From Dictyostelium discoideum (Eukaryota), in assembly GCA_000004695.1 (NCBI GenBank), contig CM000155.2, positions 3,328,001 through 3,392,000 of the forward strand: 64,000 nt of DNA. Direction: 5' to 3'. Of this stretch, positions 1 to 12,050 are shown in pieces. A model generated the notes under the pieces. It ran no database searches. It had not been told where the DNA came from and saw nothing but the letters and a program-made list of their open reading frames with translations. A program made the translations under genes and the position numbers. Numbering within the stretch: position 1 is the first letter of the stretch; each line of letters starts with the position of its first letter.

Positions 1-2177
1 CAAAAAGATTTGTTGAATTCTATCAAGATCAATATGAAGAGAAAGAAGATAACGAAGAAACCCACAAGAAGTTATTAGAAAAATGGGAAGTAGACGTTGA
101 TTTAATCAAGAAACTCGAGATAGACAGACCGATAAGAATACATGAAGTGACCAAAGCAATCAAAACTTCAAGTATCCACAAATCTCCAGGTTTAGACGGT
201 ATCAATGCACTATTCTACAAGTACCACATCAACTCAATAGCAAGAATATTGACTATAGCTTTCAACGACCTCCTCACAAATAAGAAAGAAATCCCCACAA
301 AATTCAAAGAAGGAGTAATAACAACAATATTCAAAAAAGGAGATGAACTAAACATTTCAAATAGAAGACCAATCACCCTTCTCAATACAGATTACAAAAT
401 TTTAAGCAAAATTCTCAACAGTAGATTATTAGATATCACCAGTAAAATTATCAACAAATTTCAAAACGGCTTTGTTCCAAACAGGTTCATCCAAGACAAT
501 ATTCAGATCATGAAGGAAGTAATAGAAATAAGTAACAAAAGAAAGAACAATACACTCATTACCTTTTACGATTTTAACAAAGCATTCGATTCAATCAGCC
601 ACAAGAGTATCACAAGAACATTAGAGCATATTGGTATCCCCCCAAAATTCACAGCGATCCTACTAAACCTACTCAAAGATACTAAAAACAAAATAAAGAT
701 CAACGACTTTTTAGTCAATGGAATAACAATCAGAAGAGGAACAAAACAAGGAGACCCAATATCACCAACAATCTTTGCTCTAGTTTTAGAACCACTTCTA
801 ATAGATATCATCAATGATAATACAATCAAAGGCTTCACTCTACCAAATTCCAAATCATTAAAACTCACTGCATTTGCTGACGACATAGCAACATTTACAA
901 ACTCCACNGAAGAACTAATGAAAATTAATACTAAAATCCAAAAGTACTGCTCAGCAACATCATCATCGTTAAACAAAGAGAAAACAGTAATGATAGCAAT
1001 AGGAGATAAACCACACGATCTACCATTCCAAGAGAGTACAGTCCCAGAAAGATATCTTGGCCTCAATTTCACCAAAACAGGTTTAAATTCAAAATACAAC
1101 ACTTTAATCCAAGAAATGAAAAACAATCTAATCAAATGGAAATCACAAGCAATAACGATGAAGGCAAAGATGACAATTCTCAAAACATACGTTCTATCCA
1201 AATTAACATACCATCAATACATGGATAATCTAAATGAAGAACAAATTGAGGAAATCAATAACATGACCAGATGGTTCTTATTCTCCTCAGTTAAGAATAC
1301 ATATACAGAAGAGAGAAAATACAAAACTATGATGAAAATAGACAGAGCATATGCAGATTGGAAAGAAGGAGGCATAAAATTATGGGATATAGAACTAAGA
1401 CATATAGCATTCAAAATCTGGTACATGAACAGGCTACTCCATAACAACTACAACAACAACAACAATACCTTACAAGAATGGTACATGGAGCAATTAAGTA
1501 GAAAAAAAGCCCACACTTCAACCCTCAACGATATGTGCAGACACTGGGGTGTATTCAGAGTCAAATTTTACCAAAACCATCCAAAGATAAATGAACTTCC
1601 AGACTGTATAAGAAACGACAATGACGAACCACTAAAACTAAAAGAAATTTACGAACTCATGATCAAAGACAGACACCCAACACCAAGAAGAACAGAATGG
1701 CAGAAGTTATGGGCGGTGAGATACAACACAGCAATACCCAAAGTATTCATAAACATCAACAGCATTTCTCACCAAAAAGGTAGAAACACCCTCTTCAGAT
1801 TCTTCTCAAGATCACTTCCAGGTATCAACCACGAAAGAGACACCAGATGCAAGATCTGTGGCCACCTATTCAGAGACCCTTATTCTCACCTCTTCACTCT
1901 ATGCCAAGATATCCTAGATATTGAAAAAACCATCATATCAACAGTAAACAAATTATCATTCATCAAAATCCACAGATGGTCAATGGATACCTTAGACATA
2001 TCAAAATACAACAGAACTGAGAGAATCTTCCCCAATCTCATAGGAATAATAGCACACCAAAAGAGGAATTTGAGAGGAAATATTAAGGAAATGGAGGAAA
2101 TTAAAATTTTTCCTCTTATTCCTTCGTTTCCACGAATTCCTCTAAAAATTTCTTATAATGTACGGATAACCTTGTAG
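1..2177 (+). CDS. Non-LTR (LINE/TRE-type) retrotransposon ORF2, reverse-transcriptase domain plus C-terminal Cys/His motif. The 5' part (endonuclease) lies left of the window.
   Basis: RT motifs are visible in the translation: FYDFNKAFDSISH, KQGDPISPTIFALVLEPL and TAFADDIATF (an FADD variant of YXDD). The C-terminus has CKICGH...HLFTLC. The frame is open from base 3 with no stop, so the CDS is 5'-partial. Codon usage is less AT-biased than the host genes. There is an ambiguous n at 908. Confidence 0.85.
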   Translation, partial: KRFVEFYQDQYEEKEDNEETHKKLLEKWEVDVDLIKKLEIDRPIRIHEVTKAIKTSSIHKSPGLDGINALFYKYHINSIARILTIAFNDLLTNKKEIPTKFKEGVITTIFKKGDELNISNRRPITLLNTDYKILSKILNSRLLDITSKIINKFQNGFVPNRFIQDNIQIMKEVIEISNKRKNNTLITFYDFNKAFDSISHKSITRTLEHIGIPPKFTAILLNLLKDTKNKIKINDFLVNGITIRRGTKQGDPISPTIFALVLEPLLIDIINDNTIKGFTLPNSKSLKLTAFADDIATFTNSXEELMKINTKIQKYCSATSSSLNKEKTVMIAIGDKPHDLPFQESTVPERYLGLNFTKTGLNSKYNTLIQEMKNNLIKWKSQAITMKAKMTILKTYVLSKLTYHQYMDNLNEEQIEEINNMTRWFLFSSVKNTYTEERKYKTMMKIDRAYADWKEGGIKLWDIELRHIAFKIWYMNRLLHNNYNNNNNTLQEWYMEQLSRKKAHTSTLNDMCRHWGVFRVKFYQNHPKINELPDCIRNDNDEPLKLKEIYELMIKDRHPTPRRTEWQKLWAVRYNTAIPKVFININSISHQKGRNTLFRFFSRSLPGINHERDTRCKICGHLFRDPYSHLFTLCQDILDIEKTIISTVNKLSFIKIHRWSMDTLDISKYNRTERIFPNLIGIIAHQKRNLRGNIKEMEEIKIFPLIPSFPRIPLKISYNVRITL

Positions 2178-2650
2178 ATTTTTCCAAAAAAAAATTAATT
2201 ATAAATTCTCATTTTTTAAAACATAAAACTATAATTTAATAAAACAAATTAATTAATAATAAATAAAATATCACATATTTTTAAAAATCATTATAAATGA
2301 CAAAAAATATTCGGCATATTATTTTTAACATAGCGGTTTTGCTCGTTGGCAGTGGGTGTACAATAAATATATAATAAAAAAAATAAGAATTTTTATTTTT
2401 ATTAAATAAATTATTCCTTATTTAATTTTTTGCAATATAATTATGTATTTTTAAATACTATAATTAGATTGTTATAAAATTATGTATCCTGTTACATTAC
2501 GTTCCGAATACTTCGATTGTTACTAAATCGTGTTTACTCAAAAATATTAAATTAGATTTTTCTCACCCAGGTGGTGAATTTTTAATGACGGTTAGAAAAA
2601 GTGTAAAACTAAATAAAAAGAAAACAATAATTTTTTAAAACACAACAATA
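1..2650 (+). mobile_element. 3' portion of a non-LTR retrotransposon (ORF2 plus about 450 bp of 3' UTR with GC-richer islands). Family undetermined; the 3' UTR differs from the TRE5 C-module copies at 57.5-58.9 kb.
   Basis: ORF2 ends at 2177. GC-richer islands sit at 2300-2345 and 2490-2610 (tcacccaggtggtgaattttt) in otherwise AT-rich sequence. No tRNA gene is recognisable nearby. Confidence 0.55.
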
Positions 2651-2822
2651 AATATATAGATTATTAATTACTATTTATATATTTATTATTTTCTTTTTTT
2701 TCTCATTTTTTTTTTGACTAATATAATTTTAAAATAAACAAATAGTATTTTTTCATAATTAAATAATTTTTAAAAAAATCTAGATAAATATGTTATTTTA
2801 TTATAATTAAAAAATTTTTGGG

Positions 2823-3227
2823 GTTATTTTTTATTTTTTTTTTTTGATTATTTGTATAAATAAAAAATATAAAGTGTTTGTGCGTTGTAGTTTTAAGATA
2901 AATATTTAATCTTAATTCATCAAGTAATGATTGAAGGTGGTCCTCTTTATTTATTTCTAATAAAGCATGAACATCTATAAGTTCCGAAGTTTGACTTTTT
3001 GGTTTATCTACATGCTGAGGTTGACAATCCTTAAGGTGAGCACCTTGTGCTAGAGGACCAGATTGATGATCATGATGTGGATTGGATATTACTTGAGACG
3101 GTAAACTGTCTGTCTCCCATTCATTGTTTTTGTCTTTATCTATTTTTTAAAAAAATAAAAAATTAGTATCAATAATTATTGATTTAATAATTAATAAAGT
3201 GGTTAGTTTAAACTACTTACCAGACAT
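2823..3227 (-). CDS. Small two-exon gene (about 108 aa), paralogue of the gene at 4058-4867. Hypothetical protein.
   Basis: The proposed micro-exon is ATG TCT G (3227..3221) followed by a GTAAGTAG donor. The intron ends ...AAAAAATAG and exon 2 starts at 3139 (GAT AAA GAC...). The resulting ORF MSDKDKNNEWETDSLPSQVISNPHHDHQSGPLAQGAHLKD... shares the PH(H/Y)DHQSGP.AQ / SQT.E.ID block with the downstream gene. It is not in the ORF track because exon 2 has no Met. The 3' end is uncertain because the C-terminal tail is low complexity. Confidence 0.35.
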
Positions 3228-3687
3228 TCAAAATAATTATGAATAATTTTATTTTTATTTTTTTTATTTTTTTTTAATTTTTTTTTTTTTATTTCTAAAA
3301 AAAATGGGCAAAGAAAAGAAATACAAAGAGTTAAAAAAATATATTGTATGTGAGTATTTGAAAAACTATTTGAAACGAAAAATAATTTTATTACTAAAAA
3401 ATAATAAAAAAATAAATTTGAGTGAAAAAATAAAAAAAAATAAAAATAAAATAATTAAATTAAAAATAAAAATAAAAACAATTGTGTGGTGATTCAGTCA
3501 ACAAATAAATCTAAAAAACACGCAAATATTTTTTTTTTTTTTTTTTTTTTTTTTCAATTTAGAAAATAATCCAAAGTATATTTATTAAATATAGTTTTTT
3601 AAAAATTACTATTATCTAATATGAAAAATTTAATAAGAAATAAACTGTGGGTGGGTTTTTTTTTATTTTTTTTTTTTTTACTAATAT

Positions 3688-3750
<63 letters not shown>

Positions 3751-3752
3751 TA
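3688..3752. repeat. (TTTA)n microsatellite, about 16 units
   Basis: Direct reading shows tatttatttatttattt... repeated. Confidence 0.9.
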
Positions 3753-4057
3753 TATTTATTTTTTTTTCTTATTATTTGTTGTTTTTTGATCATTTTTATA
3801 AATATGGATAAATTTTTTTTTTTTTTTTTTATCTTTTTTTTTTTTTATCTTTTTTTTTTATCTTTTTTTTTATTTATTAAATTTGTAAAAAAAGATTTTA
3901 TTTATTTTTTTTTTTTATTTTTTTATTTTTTTATTTTTTTTTTTTATTTTTTTATTTTTTTTTTTTGAAGGCGGATGAAAGTTTAAGAATGAGGTGTTGA
4001 TGGCAAAGAATGAGGTGGTAACCAACCAAAACTTGCTGATGTCAGGCAACCAATAGC

Positions 4058-4867
4058 TCACTGGTTAATAACTAAGAGAAAAAATTTAATTTTAATTAAA
4101 TTTGTTTTTAATTTCTCTAGTTGATCTCTTGAGGCTGCACTCGTTCCCGCATCCAATTTGTTTTTGCAAAATATCAATACACTTTGATACTCTCCGAAAT
4201 CCTTTTGATTTTGATTATTATTATCAAGGATTAAATTATTTAAGTTTTCCAAAAAAACTGTTTCTGTTTGAAATCCAATATTATTTATGAAAAAGTTATA
4301 TGATTTTTTTAACTCTTCATTAATATCATTCCATAGGAAGTACCAGGGATTGTCAATTCTGTTTTGGGTTGGTAATGGTACCGACATGCATGGTTGATCT
4401 GTTACACTTATTCTTATTACATTTGGTGTGGATGTTGACGTAGCTATGGAGAAGGTTGGTTTTTTTGTTGTAGATATAATTTGTTGTGGTATTTGTGGTG
4501 GGGCCGAATTCCAATAATCTCTAGCTTGACTGATCTCTTGTTCTTGATCGGTTGCTGTTGATGCTGATGTTGTTGTTGTTGTTGTTGCTATTGTTCTTTG
4601 AAGAGAAAGATTTGATCTCATCTCGTTAAGTAATTGCTGAGTTTCCTCTATAGGAATTCCCAAACCATCAAAATCAATAGGTTCTGGAGTTTGACTTATA
4701 TGTCTACCTGGAAGTTGTGTTTGATTATGACTATCGTGAGTTTGTGCTTGAGGACCAGATTGATGGTCATAATGTGGTCTGGTTATTGCTTGTGTTGGTA
4801 ATCTATCTGTTGTTTCTAATTGATTATTTTGAAAAAAAAAAATTAGTTTTAGTATCTTTAAGAGTTT
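4058..4867 (-). CDS. Ser/Thr-rich hypothetical protein (about 270 aa), paralogue of 2823-3227.
   Basis: This is the non-low-complexity part of the 4058..5086 ORF. The likely start is ATG at 4867 (MKRKLLKILK...NNQLETTDRLPTQAITRPHYDHQSGPQAQTHD...). The ORF-track N-terminal extension to 5086 runs through poly-T and is not credible. Its N-terminal block is conserved with the neighbour gene. Confidence 0.4.
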   Translation of the reverse strand, partial: KLLKILKLIFFFQNNQLETTDRLPTQAITRPHYDHQSGPQAQTHDSHNQTQLPGRHISQTPEPIDFDGLGIPIEETQQLLNEMRSNLSLQRTIATTTTTTSASTATDQEQEISQARDYWNSAPPQIPQQIISTTKKPTFSIATSTSTPNVIRISVTDQPCMSVPLPTQNRIDNPWYFLWNDINEELKKSYNFFINNIGFQTETVFLENLNNLILDNNNQNQKDFGEYQSVLIFCKNKLDAGTSAASRDQLEKLKTNLIKIKFFLLVINQ

Positions 4868-5522
4868 TCTTTTCATTTTTTTATTTTTTTTAAAGATTTG
4901 GTATTGAAAAGAATAAAAAATATGTATATGTATGTTGGAGAAAAATAAATAAATAAATAAAAATAAATAAAAAAAAAAAAAAATAAAAATAAAAAAATAA
5001 AAAAAAAAAAATAAAAAAACAAAAAATTGTGGTTGGTTGTGATATAATTGCTTTTCACCCCTTTTTTTATCTGTGGTTAACATCAAAAAAAAAAAAAAAA
5101 ACTATTAAAAGTTTCGTGTGGTAGAAATTAGAAATTTTTTTATTTTATATTTTTTTTTTTATTTTTTTTTTATTTTTTTATTTCTACTTTTACCCCTATA
5201 CTATAAATAGTTGATCATCCAAAATTTTTTTTTTTTTTTTATTTATTTATTTTTTTTTTTTTTTTATTTTATATTATTTTATTTTTTGTTTGTTTTTTGT
5301 TCATTTTTTAATAAATATAAAATAAATATGAATAATATATTTAAATCTTTTATTTTTTTCTTTTTTTTAAATCTAAAAATATAATTTTAGTTAGTTTTCT
5401 TTGACTGTAAATTTTCATTAAATTAAAAAATATTGTATGAGTGTGTGGGGGACCAAAAATAGGCTCAAATATTTTGTTATGTTTTCTATGAACAGCGATT
5501 TTTAAAAAATTATTATTATTAC

Positions 5523-5564
<42 letters not shown>

Positions 5565-5620
5565 AATAGAAATAAATAAAATACTAAAAAAATAAGAAAT
5601 AAACAGTTGATGGTGGGTCA

Positions 5621-5659
<39 letters not shown>

Positions 5660-6533
5660 ATTAAATTCCATATGTATAAAATCCACATACTCCTTTTAAT
5701 ATTACATGTATAATTAATTTGAATTTTTTTTTTAATTTTTTTTAATTTTTTTAAATTAAATTTCAAAATTTTGCCCGAAATTGATCAAATTATTATGCAA
5801 CTGGTTACAAAAATACATACATGATAAGTTTTAAACGAAATTAGGCTATAAATGAATAAAATAAATTAATAGAAAAAAAAAAAAAAAAAAAAAATTGAAT
5901 TTAGTTTTAAATTTTAAAAAAAAAAAAAAATTCAAATTTAGTTTTAATTTTAAAAAACTATATAGTTAATTTTAAAAAACATATAGTTTTTTAAAATTAA
6001 AACTAAATTTAAAAGTAATTACCTAAATTTTTTTTTATAAATTTATTTTTATTTATTTATTTTTTTTGTTTTTTTTTTTTTTTTGTTGTTTTTTGATCAT
6101 TTTTTTATAAATATAAAAAAAATCTTTTATTTTTTTTTTTTTAAATCTATATTTATCTTTTCTTGGTAATTTGACAGTTAAAAATTAATTTTCAAAAAAA
6201 AAAAAAAAATAAAAAAAATAATAAAAAAATAAAAAATAATTTTTTTTTTTTTTTTATTTTTTTTTTAAATTTGAATTTTGAAAATTTGAAAAAAAAATAA
6301 AAAAAAAATATTCGAATTTATGTTCATTGTTAAATAAAGCAACAATCTAACTTTATTTTTCTATTTTTTTTTTTTTATTTCCAATTTCTTTTTTTTTTTT
6401 TTTTTTCAAATTTAATTTTTAAAAAAAAAAAAAAAAAACTAATATATTATATACATATAAATAATAAATAAATAATAAACAATAAATAATAAATAATAAA
6501 TAAAAAAAAAAAAGAAAAAAAAGAAATTAAAAT

Positions 6534-8766
6534 ATGAGTAATAAAACTTTACCATATTGTTGTGAACATGGATTAAAAGATGAAGTTATAGCATTATTAG
6601 CCAAAGGTGAAGATGTAAATCAAAAGGATGGTTCAAATAGATATCCACTTCATTATGCAGCAATTGGTGGATATATAGAGATAGTTGCAATGTTATTAGA
6701 GAGAGGAGCATTAGTAAATTGTTCAACACCACGTGGAGCAACACCACTTCACTATGCAAGTAGAGGTGGTCGTATCGAATGTATTCAATTACTCATTGAC
6801 AATAAAGCAGATGTAAATTGCAGAGATGGTGCAGGTAGTACACCACTTCATACAGCTTTACAATGCAATGAAACTAAATGCGCCATTGCACTAATTGAAA
6901 CCTTTGGTGCAGATGTAAACTTAAAAACCGCTGAAGGTTCAACTGCACTCCATTTAGCTTCTGCTAGAGGTTTAGTACCTGTCATTGTTGCTCTCTTGGA
7001 AAATGGTGCTAGAGCTGATGTTAGAGATTCAAAAGAAAATTCACCATTTCAATCTTTACCAATTAATTTAACTGAAAATGGTAAGTTTTTTAATTTAAAA
7101 AAAAAAAAAAAAAGAAAAAAAAATATATATATATATATATATATTATTTTTAAATAATATTAATCTTGAATAATTTTTTATTTATTTTTTATTATTAGAA
7201 AAAAAAGAAAAAATTGAAAATTCAATTTCTCAAGATATTTCAAAATTATTTAATATTAATAAAAATAGAGAATTTAGTGGTGTAGGAAAAAAAGAAGATG
7301 ATGATAATAATATGAAGATAGATAAACAAGAATCAGAACAACAATCAACATCAGATAAACTTTATTCAGATATAACATTTTTAATTGAAAATCAAAAAGT
7401 TTATGCACATAAATGTATATTACAAGCTAGATGTCCAAATTTTATGTCATCAATTAATAATAAAATAGAACAGCAACAATCACAAAAACCAATAGAAATT
7501 AAAGATTATTCATTTAAATTATTTTTATCATTCATCGAGTGGATATATACAGGATCAATTGAAAAGTTTGAATCAACATCAAAATCAATTGATTTATCAT
7601 TTCAATTTTCAATATTATTAATGGGTGAAAAGTTTGATTGTAAAGGATTAGTATCCTATTGTAGAGAGTTTATTAAGGAGAGCATTGGTGATAGTAATGT
7701 TGGTTCCATTTGGTCAATCATTAAAAAGTTACCAACTTCAACTCGTTCAAATTTAGGTAACCTCGTTCGTGATTGTTTAATTACAATGGTAAGGAGTTGG
7801 AACATTTTCACAATGACTAAAACTTTCTCAACTGATATCAATAAATCCGATATCATTGAAATCATTAAATCACTTGCTCCTTTCATTACCGAAACTCCAA
7901 TCTCTGAAATTAAACAGACTCGTACTGCAAATGCAAATGCTTCAAATTCAAATCAATCTAAAACTCCTGCAAAACGTACTTCAACTACTAATACCAATAA
8001 TAATATACCACAACAAAATATTACATCTTCAAATAATACACCACAACAAAATACATCATCATCATCATCATCATCGACAACTTCATCAACACCTTCAAAA
8101 TCATCATCATCAACACCTTCAAAATCAACCTCAACTTCATCATCATCATCTTCATCTTCATCATCATCATCATCATCATCATCAAATTATTCAGATTCAA
8201 TGAATGAAAAGAATTTAACATTTTGTAAAGGTTTAATAAATGGAATGTTTAAAAAGAAAACATCACTTGCATTCCAAAGACCAGTTGACCCATTGGCAGA
8301 AGGTATTCCAGATTATTTCGATGTTATTAAACATCCAATGGATTTAGGTACTATCAAGGGTAAATTGGATAATAATGGATATTCAACTATTAAAGATTTT
8401 GCAGCAGATGTTAGATTAATGTTTGAAAATGCATTAACTTATAATGCAGATTCATCACCAGTTTGGAAACATGCTAAAACATTACTCAATGCTTTCGATC
8501 AAAAGTTTTTACAAAATTTCCCAAATGAAAAACCTCCAACCTATAAACCACCACCACCAACCCCAACTCCAATCCCAACACAACAACAACAACAACAATC
8601 AACTTCTTCAACATCAACACCAACCTCTGAAAAAAAGAGAAAACATGATGAACATGTTAAAGTAAAAGAAGATACAAATTCTGCCCAACCAACTTCTTCA
8701 TCTTCAAATCATACAAATGGTGAAAATGCTTCATCTTCATCTTCATCATCATCTTCAAAACAATCA

Positions 8767-8798
<32 letters not shown>

Positions 8799-9072
8799 TA
8801 GTAATTCAACAACAAATTCATCTTCATCATCATCATCAACTACTACAACACAAAAGAAATACTCTGATGAAGAAAGAAGGAGTTTAATGGAAAGAATTAA
8901 TGAATTAGCTCCTGATGATGTTCAAGAGGTTTTAAATATTATCGATCCAAATGCAATCAAACAAGCTGATGAAAGTCTTGAAATCGATATGTATCAAATT
9001 GATGATAAAAATTTATCACAAGTTGAATCATTTATTAATGAATGTTTTAAAAAACAAAAACAAGATGAATAA
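6534..9072 (+). CDS. Ankyrin-repeat, BTB/POZ, bromodomain and C-terminal ET-like domain protein. Two exons: 6534..7080 and 7199..9072.
   Basis: Exon 1 has five or six ANK repeats (e.g. PLHYAAIGGYIEIVAMLL, TPLHYASRGGRIECIQLL). It ends ...GAA AAT G followed by a GTAAGT donor at 7081. The acceptor is ...TTATTAG at 7198 and the frame is then continuous (ENG/EKKEKIEN...). Exon 2 has a BTB motif (DITFLIENQKVYAHKCILQARCPNF), a bromodomain (FQRPVDPLAEGIPDYFDVIKHPMDLGTI...YNADSSPVW) and an ET-like C-terminus (EERRSLMERINELAPDDVQEVLNII). Long Ser tracts are also present. Confidence 0.85.
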
Positions 9073-10058
9073 AAAAAAAAAAAATAAAAAAAATTAGAAT
9101 AAAATTCATATATATACATATATAGAAAAAAAAAAACAAATAATAATAATTATTATTTATTTATTATTTATTTATTTTTAGTTTTATTTTATTTAAATAA
9201 TTTTATAAATTAAATAAAATAATATTATTAATGATGATATAATTATAATATTTTTATTTTTTTCATAAAAATTAATTTCATTTGTTATTGTTGTTATTGG
9301 ACATATTAATTCTTTATTATTTGAATAATAAATATTACATTTTTTATATTTATCAATATTTAATGAATTTAAAGAACATTCAATTTTATCAATTTTAATA
9401 ATTGAGTTCCTATTAATTTCAATATTTGATTCAAAACAACCAATTGGTGATTCTGTTACAAATTTAGTATTATTATTTATTGTAATTAATTTTGAATTAA
9501 TTGATATTAATGAATAGGATGAATTGATTTTCAATATTATCAAAATTTAAATAATTATAATAATAAATTCCTTCAAACATTAAAATAATTGTACCATTTT
9601 CTAAATTTCTAATTGTTGATTGTAAATTTCTACATGGGTATTTAATACTTGACCCACAATTTTCATTTATTGTACTATTGAATTTTCATTTACATAAATA
9701 ATTTCAAATGAAAATAATAATTTCAAATTAATAATAATAAATTTATTTTAATTTTTTTAATATTCATTTGAAATTATTTTTTAGTACATTCTATTTTTAA
9801 ATTTAATATAAGGTAATAAAAAAAAAAAAAAAAAGATATTAAGAACAATTAAAATTTTTTTTATAATTAATTAATTAAATTAATTTTTTTAATAAATGTA
9901 ATAAAAAAAGAGATTTATATTTTAAAAAAAAAAAAAAATTAAAAAAAAAAAAAAAAGATATTAATATTATATGATATAATTATTTTTATTTATTTATTTT
10001 AAGAAAAATTAAATATTGTTTATTTTTTAATTATTAGTTATTAATTATTAATTATTAT

Positions 10059-11936
10059 TTATTTTAATAATGATTTATTTGCAGGAGTTTCATCTTCATA
10101 TAAAACATCATGAAAACCATCATTTCTATCACCATTAGTAGTTTGATTATTATTATTATTGATACTAAATTCTTCAAGATCAGGTTCTTCACTTTCATGT
10201 GGAGCATAACCTCTATAAAGATTTTTATAAATTTTATTTGCTAATAAAACCACAGGAATTAAAGTGAGGAAAGTACAAGCAATGACAATGACAGCAATGA
10301 TGGCTTTTGTTAATCTAAAATCATATTTATAGGTATGATGAGATTCATTTGAACAGACTATATTTGGAGTTGATCTAGATGGTGGTTGAATATTTGGATC
10401 GAATTGAATGATTTCACAAGAGAATGAATTGATATCATTACCAGAGACAATATTTGCATAGGTACTATTATAAGCATCTCCATGAATATTATTACAAACA
10501 AACAAAGATGCATTTATACTTGAGGCATAATCAAATAAAATTAAGGAACTATCACATTTGAATGGTAATTGAGTAGTTGGTGATAATGTTATCTCTTGGA
10601 CTCGAACACTAGCATAATTTGAAACAATGTATGGGAATTCACTTGTTATTGATGGATTTGTACTAATCAATTTAGTTTTTCTAATTTCAACGGTTGAATG
10701 ATGAGCGATAATACTTGGACCATGATCATTGATTGGATTTGAATTAATTTCACCACCTTCAATCAACATTATTGAATTGTACACCCAAATGATACCGGAA
10801 TCCAATGATTTTGGTGTATTATTTTCAATAAAAGTACAATTTATAATTGAGGCTTTATTGGATTGATTTTGGACACTGATAATCTCTTGTTTTGGTGTTA
10901 CTCCATGATGATTGTTTTCAACTTCTTTACCCTCATTCTTTACGATAATGATTGAATCTCCTTTACCACCATTATTAGTAACCATATTATTTTGAAAGTA
11001 ACAATGGGTAATATTTAAATTGGTTATAATGGCAGAGTAATGAATGATTGAAGAGAAAGTACCGAAATTATTACTAAATTGAACATTGGTAATATTTACA
11101 TCAGAGTCAGCGGTATACAATAAACCTTCTCTAGTTAAATATTGACTAAAGAAGGAATCAGAGATATCAATCAAACAACCTTTAGCATTGATAAATGCTT
11201 CATTGGCTCTACCACTTTGGACGATTGTATGTTCTCTAATGTACAACTTTGTATTTCTAATATTGAATATATTTGAACCAGATGTAAAATCAAATTTACA
11301 ATAATCTTCAAATATTAATTCAAACCAACCAATTCTATTAACTTGTGTTGAAATTGAATCAACATCTTCACCAATCATATTTTTAATTGTAGTTTTTCTA
11401 AATATAATTTTAACAACACCACCACCACCACCATTACCAACATCACCACTACCATTAATATTTGAAATTGCATTATTAATTTCAGTTGAATTATTTGGAT
11501 CTAATGATGGGTCAATTAAAGAAACTTCAATGAATTTGTATTTTTCCCATTCTCTAAAGACAATGTTTTCATAGGTAAAAGTAACATTTTTAACACCTTC
11601 TTTAATGGCAACTTGAGCAGAGATATAGATAAATGAATCAACTATACCCGAACCAATGAATTCAACAGGTTGAAGTCCACTTAGACCAATGAATGAAACA
11701 TTGACATTCAATTCATAGAGATTTAATTTTGAACCCAACTCTTGGAAACTTTCAGTACCATATTGACCTGGCATAATTACAAATTCTAACAATCTAATTG
11801 GAATACCGGAATTGTTATTCTTAAAACGTCTAAACTTTTGAAATCCATCAATTATACCTTTACATGGTGTAATTTCATCACCACATTCGGGTGATGTGTA
11901 ATTTACAGTTGATTGAATATTAATTATAATTCTCAT
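10059..11936 (-). CDS. Putative type-I cell-surface protein with an extracellular beta-helix-like repeat domain, a TM helix and a short cytoplasmic tail. The N-terminus is unresolved.
   Basis: The ORF is 625 aa with many NxS/T sites and GG[ASV]/FxxN-type repeat motifs. The TM segment is AIIAVIVIACTFLTLIPVVLL. The frame stays open 87 codons upstream of the first Met, through a (TSTP)6 Ser/Thr/Pro linker and a hydrophobic IINFIYFLQYFLSCTLS stretch, with no in-frame ATG. The true start, possibly a 5' exon, is therefore undetermined. It is a paralogue of the gene at 41650-43221 (ECGDEITPCKGIIDGF versus KCGIDTFTCNSISDAV). Confidence 0.6.
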   Translation of the reverse strand: MRIIINIQSTVNYTSPECGDEITPCKGIIDGFQKFRRFKNNNSGIPIRLLEFVIMPGQYGTESFQELGSKLNLYELNVNVSFIGLSGLQPVEFIGSGIVDSFIYISAQVAIKEGVKNVTFTYENIVFREWEKYKFIEVSLIDPSLDPNNSTEINNAISNINGSGDVGNGGGGGVVKIIFRKTTIKNMIGEDVDSISTQVNRIGWFELIFEDYCKFDFTSGSNIFNIRNTKLYIREHTIVQSGRANEAFINAKGCLIDISDSFFSQYLTREGLLYTADSDVNITNVQFSNNFGTFSSIIHYSAIITNLNITHCYFQNNMVTNNGGKGDSIIIVKNEGKEVENNHHGVTPKQEIISVQNQSNKASIINCTFIENNTPKSLDSGIIWVYNSIMLIEGGEINSNPINDHGPSIIAHHSTVEIRKTKLISTNPSITSEFPYIVSNYASVRVQEITLSPTTQLPFKCDSSLILFDYASSINASLFVCNNIHGDAYNSTYANIVSGNDINSFSCEIIQFDPNIQPPSRSTPNIVCSNESHHTYKYDFRLTKAIIAVIVIACTFLTLIPVVLLANKIYKNLYRGYAPHESEEPDLEEFSINNNNNQTTNGDRNDGFHDVLYEDETPANKSLLK

Positions 11937-11961
11937 TTTACCATCTGCATATGGATTTGGT

Positions 11962-12050
11962 GGTGTAGTTGGTGTTGAAGTTGGTGTTGAAGTTGGTGTT
12001 GAAGTTGGTGTTGAAGTTGGTGTTGAAGTTGGTGTTGGTGTTGGTGTTTG
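11962..12050. repeat. 12-bp minisatellite (GGTGTTGAAGTT) x 6 plus degenerate GGTGTT units. It encodes (TSTP)n on the minus strand.
   Basis: Direct reading. It produces the spurious plus-strand ORF MVLKLVLKLVLK... at 11969-12184. Confidence 0.85.

Noticed and set aside
3304-3968. ORF-track ORFs in poly-A/T and (TTTA)n DNA (3304-3492, 3621-3968). Similar K/F/N-only ORFs occur elsewhere (e.g. 59837-60261, 27057-27393, 46079-46602).
   Set aside because: Pure low-complexity translation of homopolymer or microsatellite intergenic DNA. No codon structure.
8021-8839. Antisense or out-of-frame ORFs inside real genes (poly-Met/His/Tyr/Leu products; also 13351-13557, 13938-14171, 19081-19737, 22034-22311, 23368-23631, 49558-49957, 53729-53995, 54463-54681).
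   Set aside because: Alternative-frame readings of (CAA)n/(AAT)n/(TCA)n coding repeats. The sense-strand genes have the homology and domain support.
9193-9700. ORF 9193-9543 (minus) and adjacent short coding-like stretches downstream of the bromodomain gene.
   Set aside because: Fragmentary, with several stops. It has a hydrophobic C-terminus but no consistent exon structure could be built. It is possibly a decayed gene and is left unannotated.
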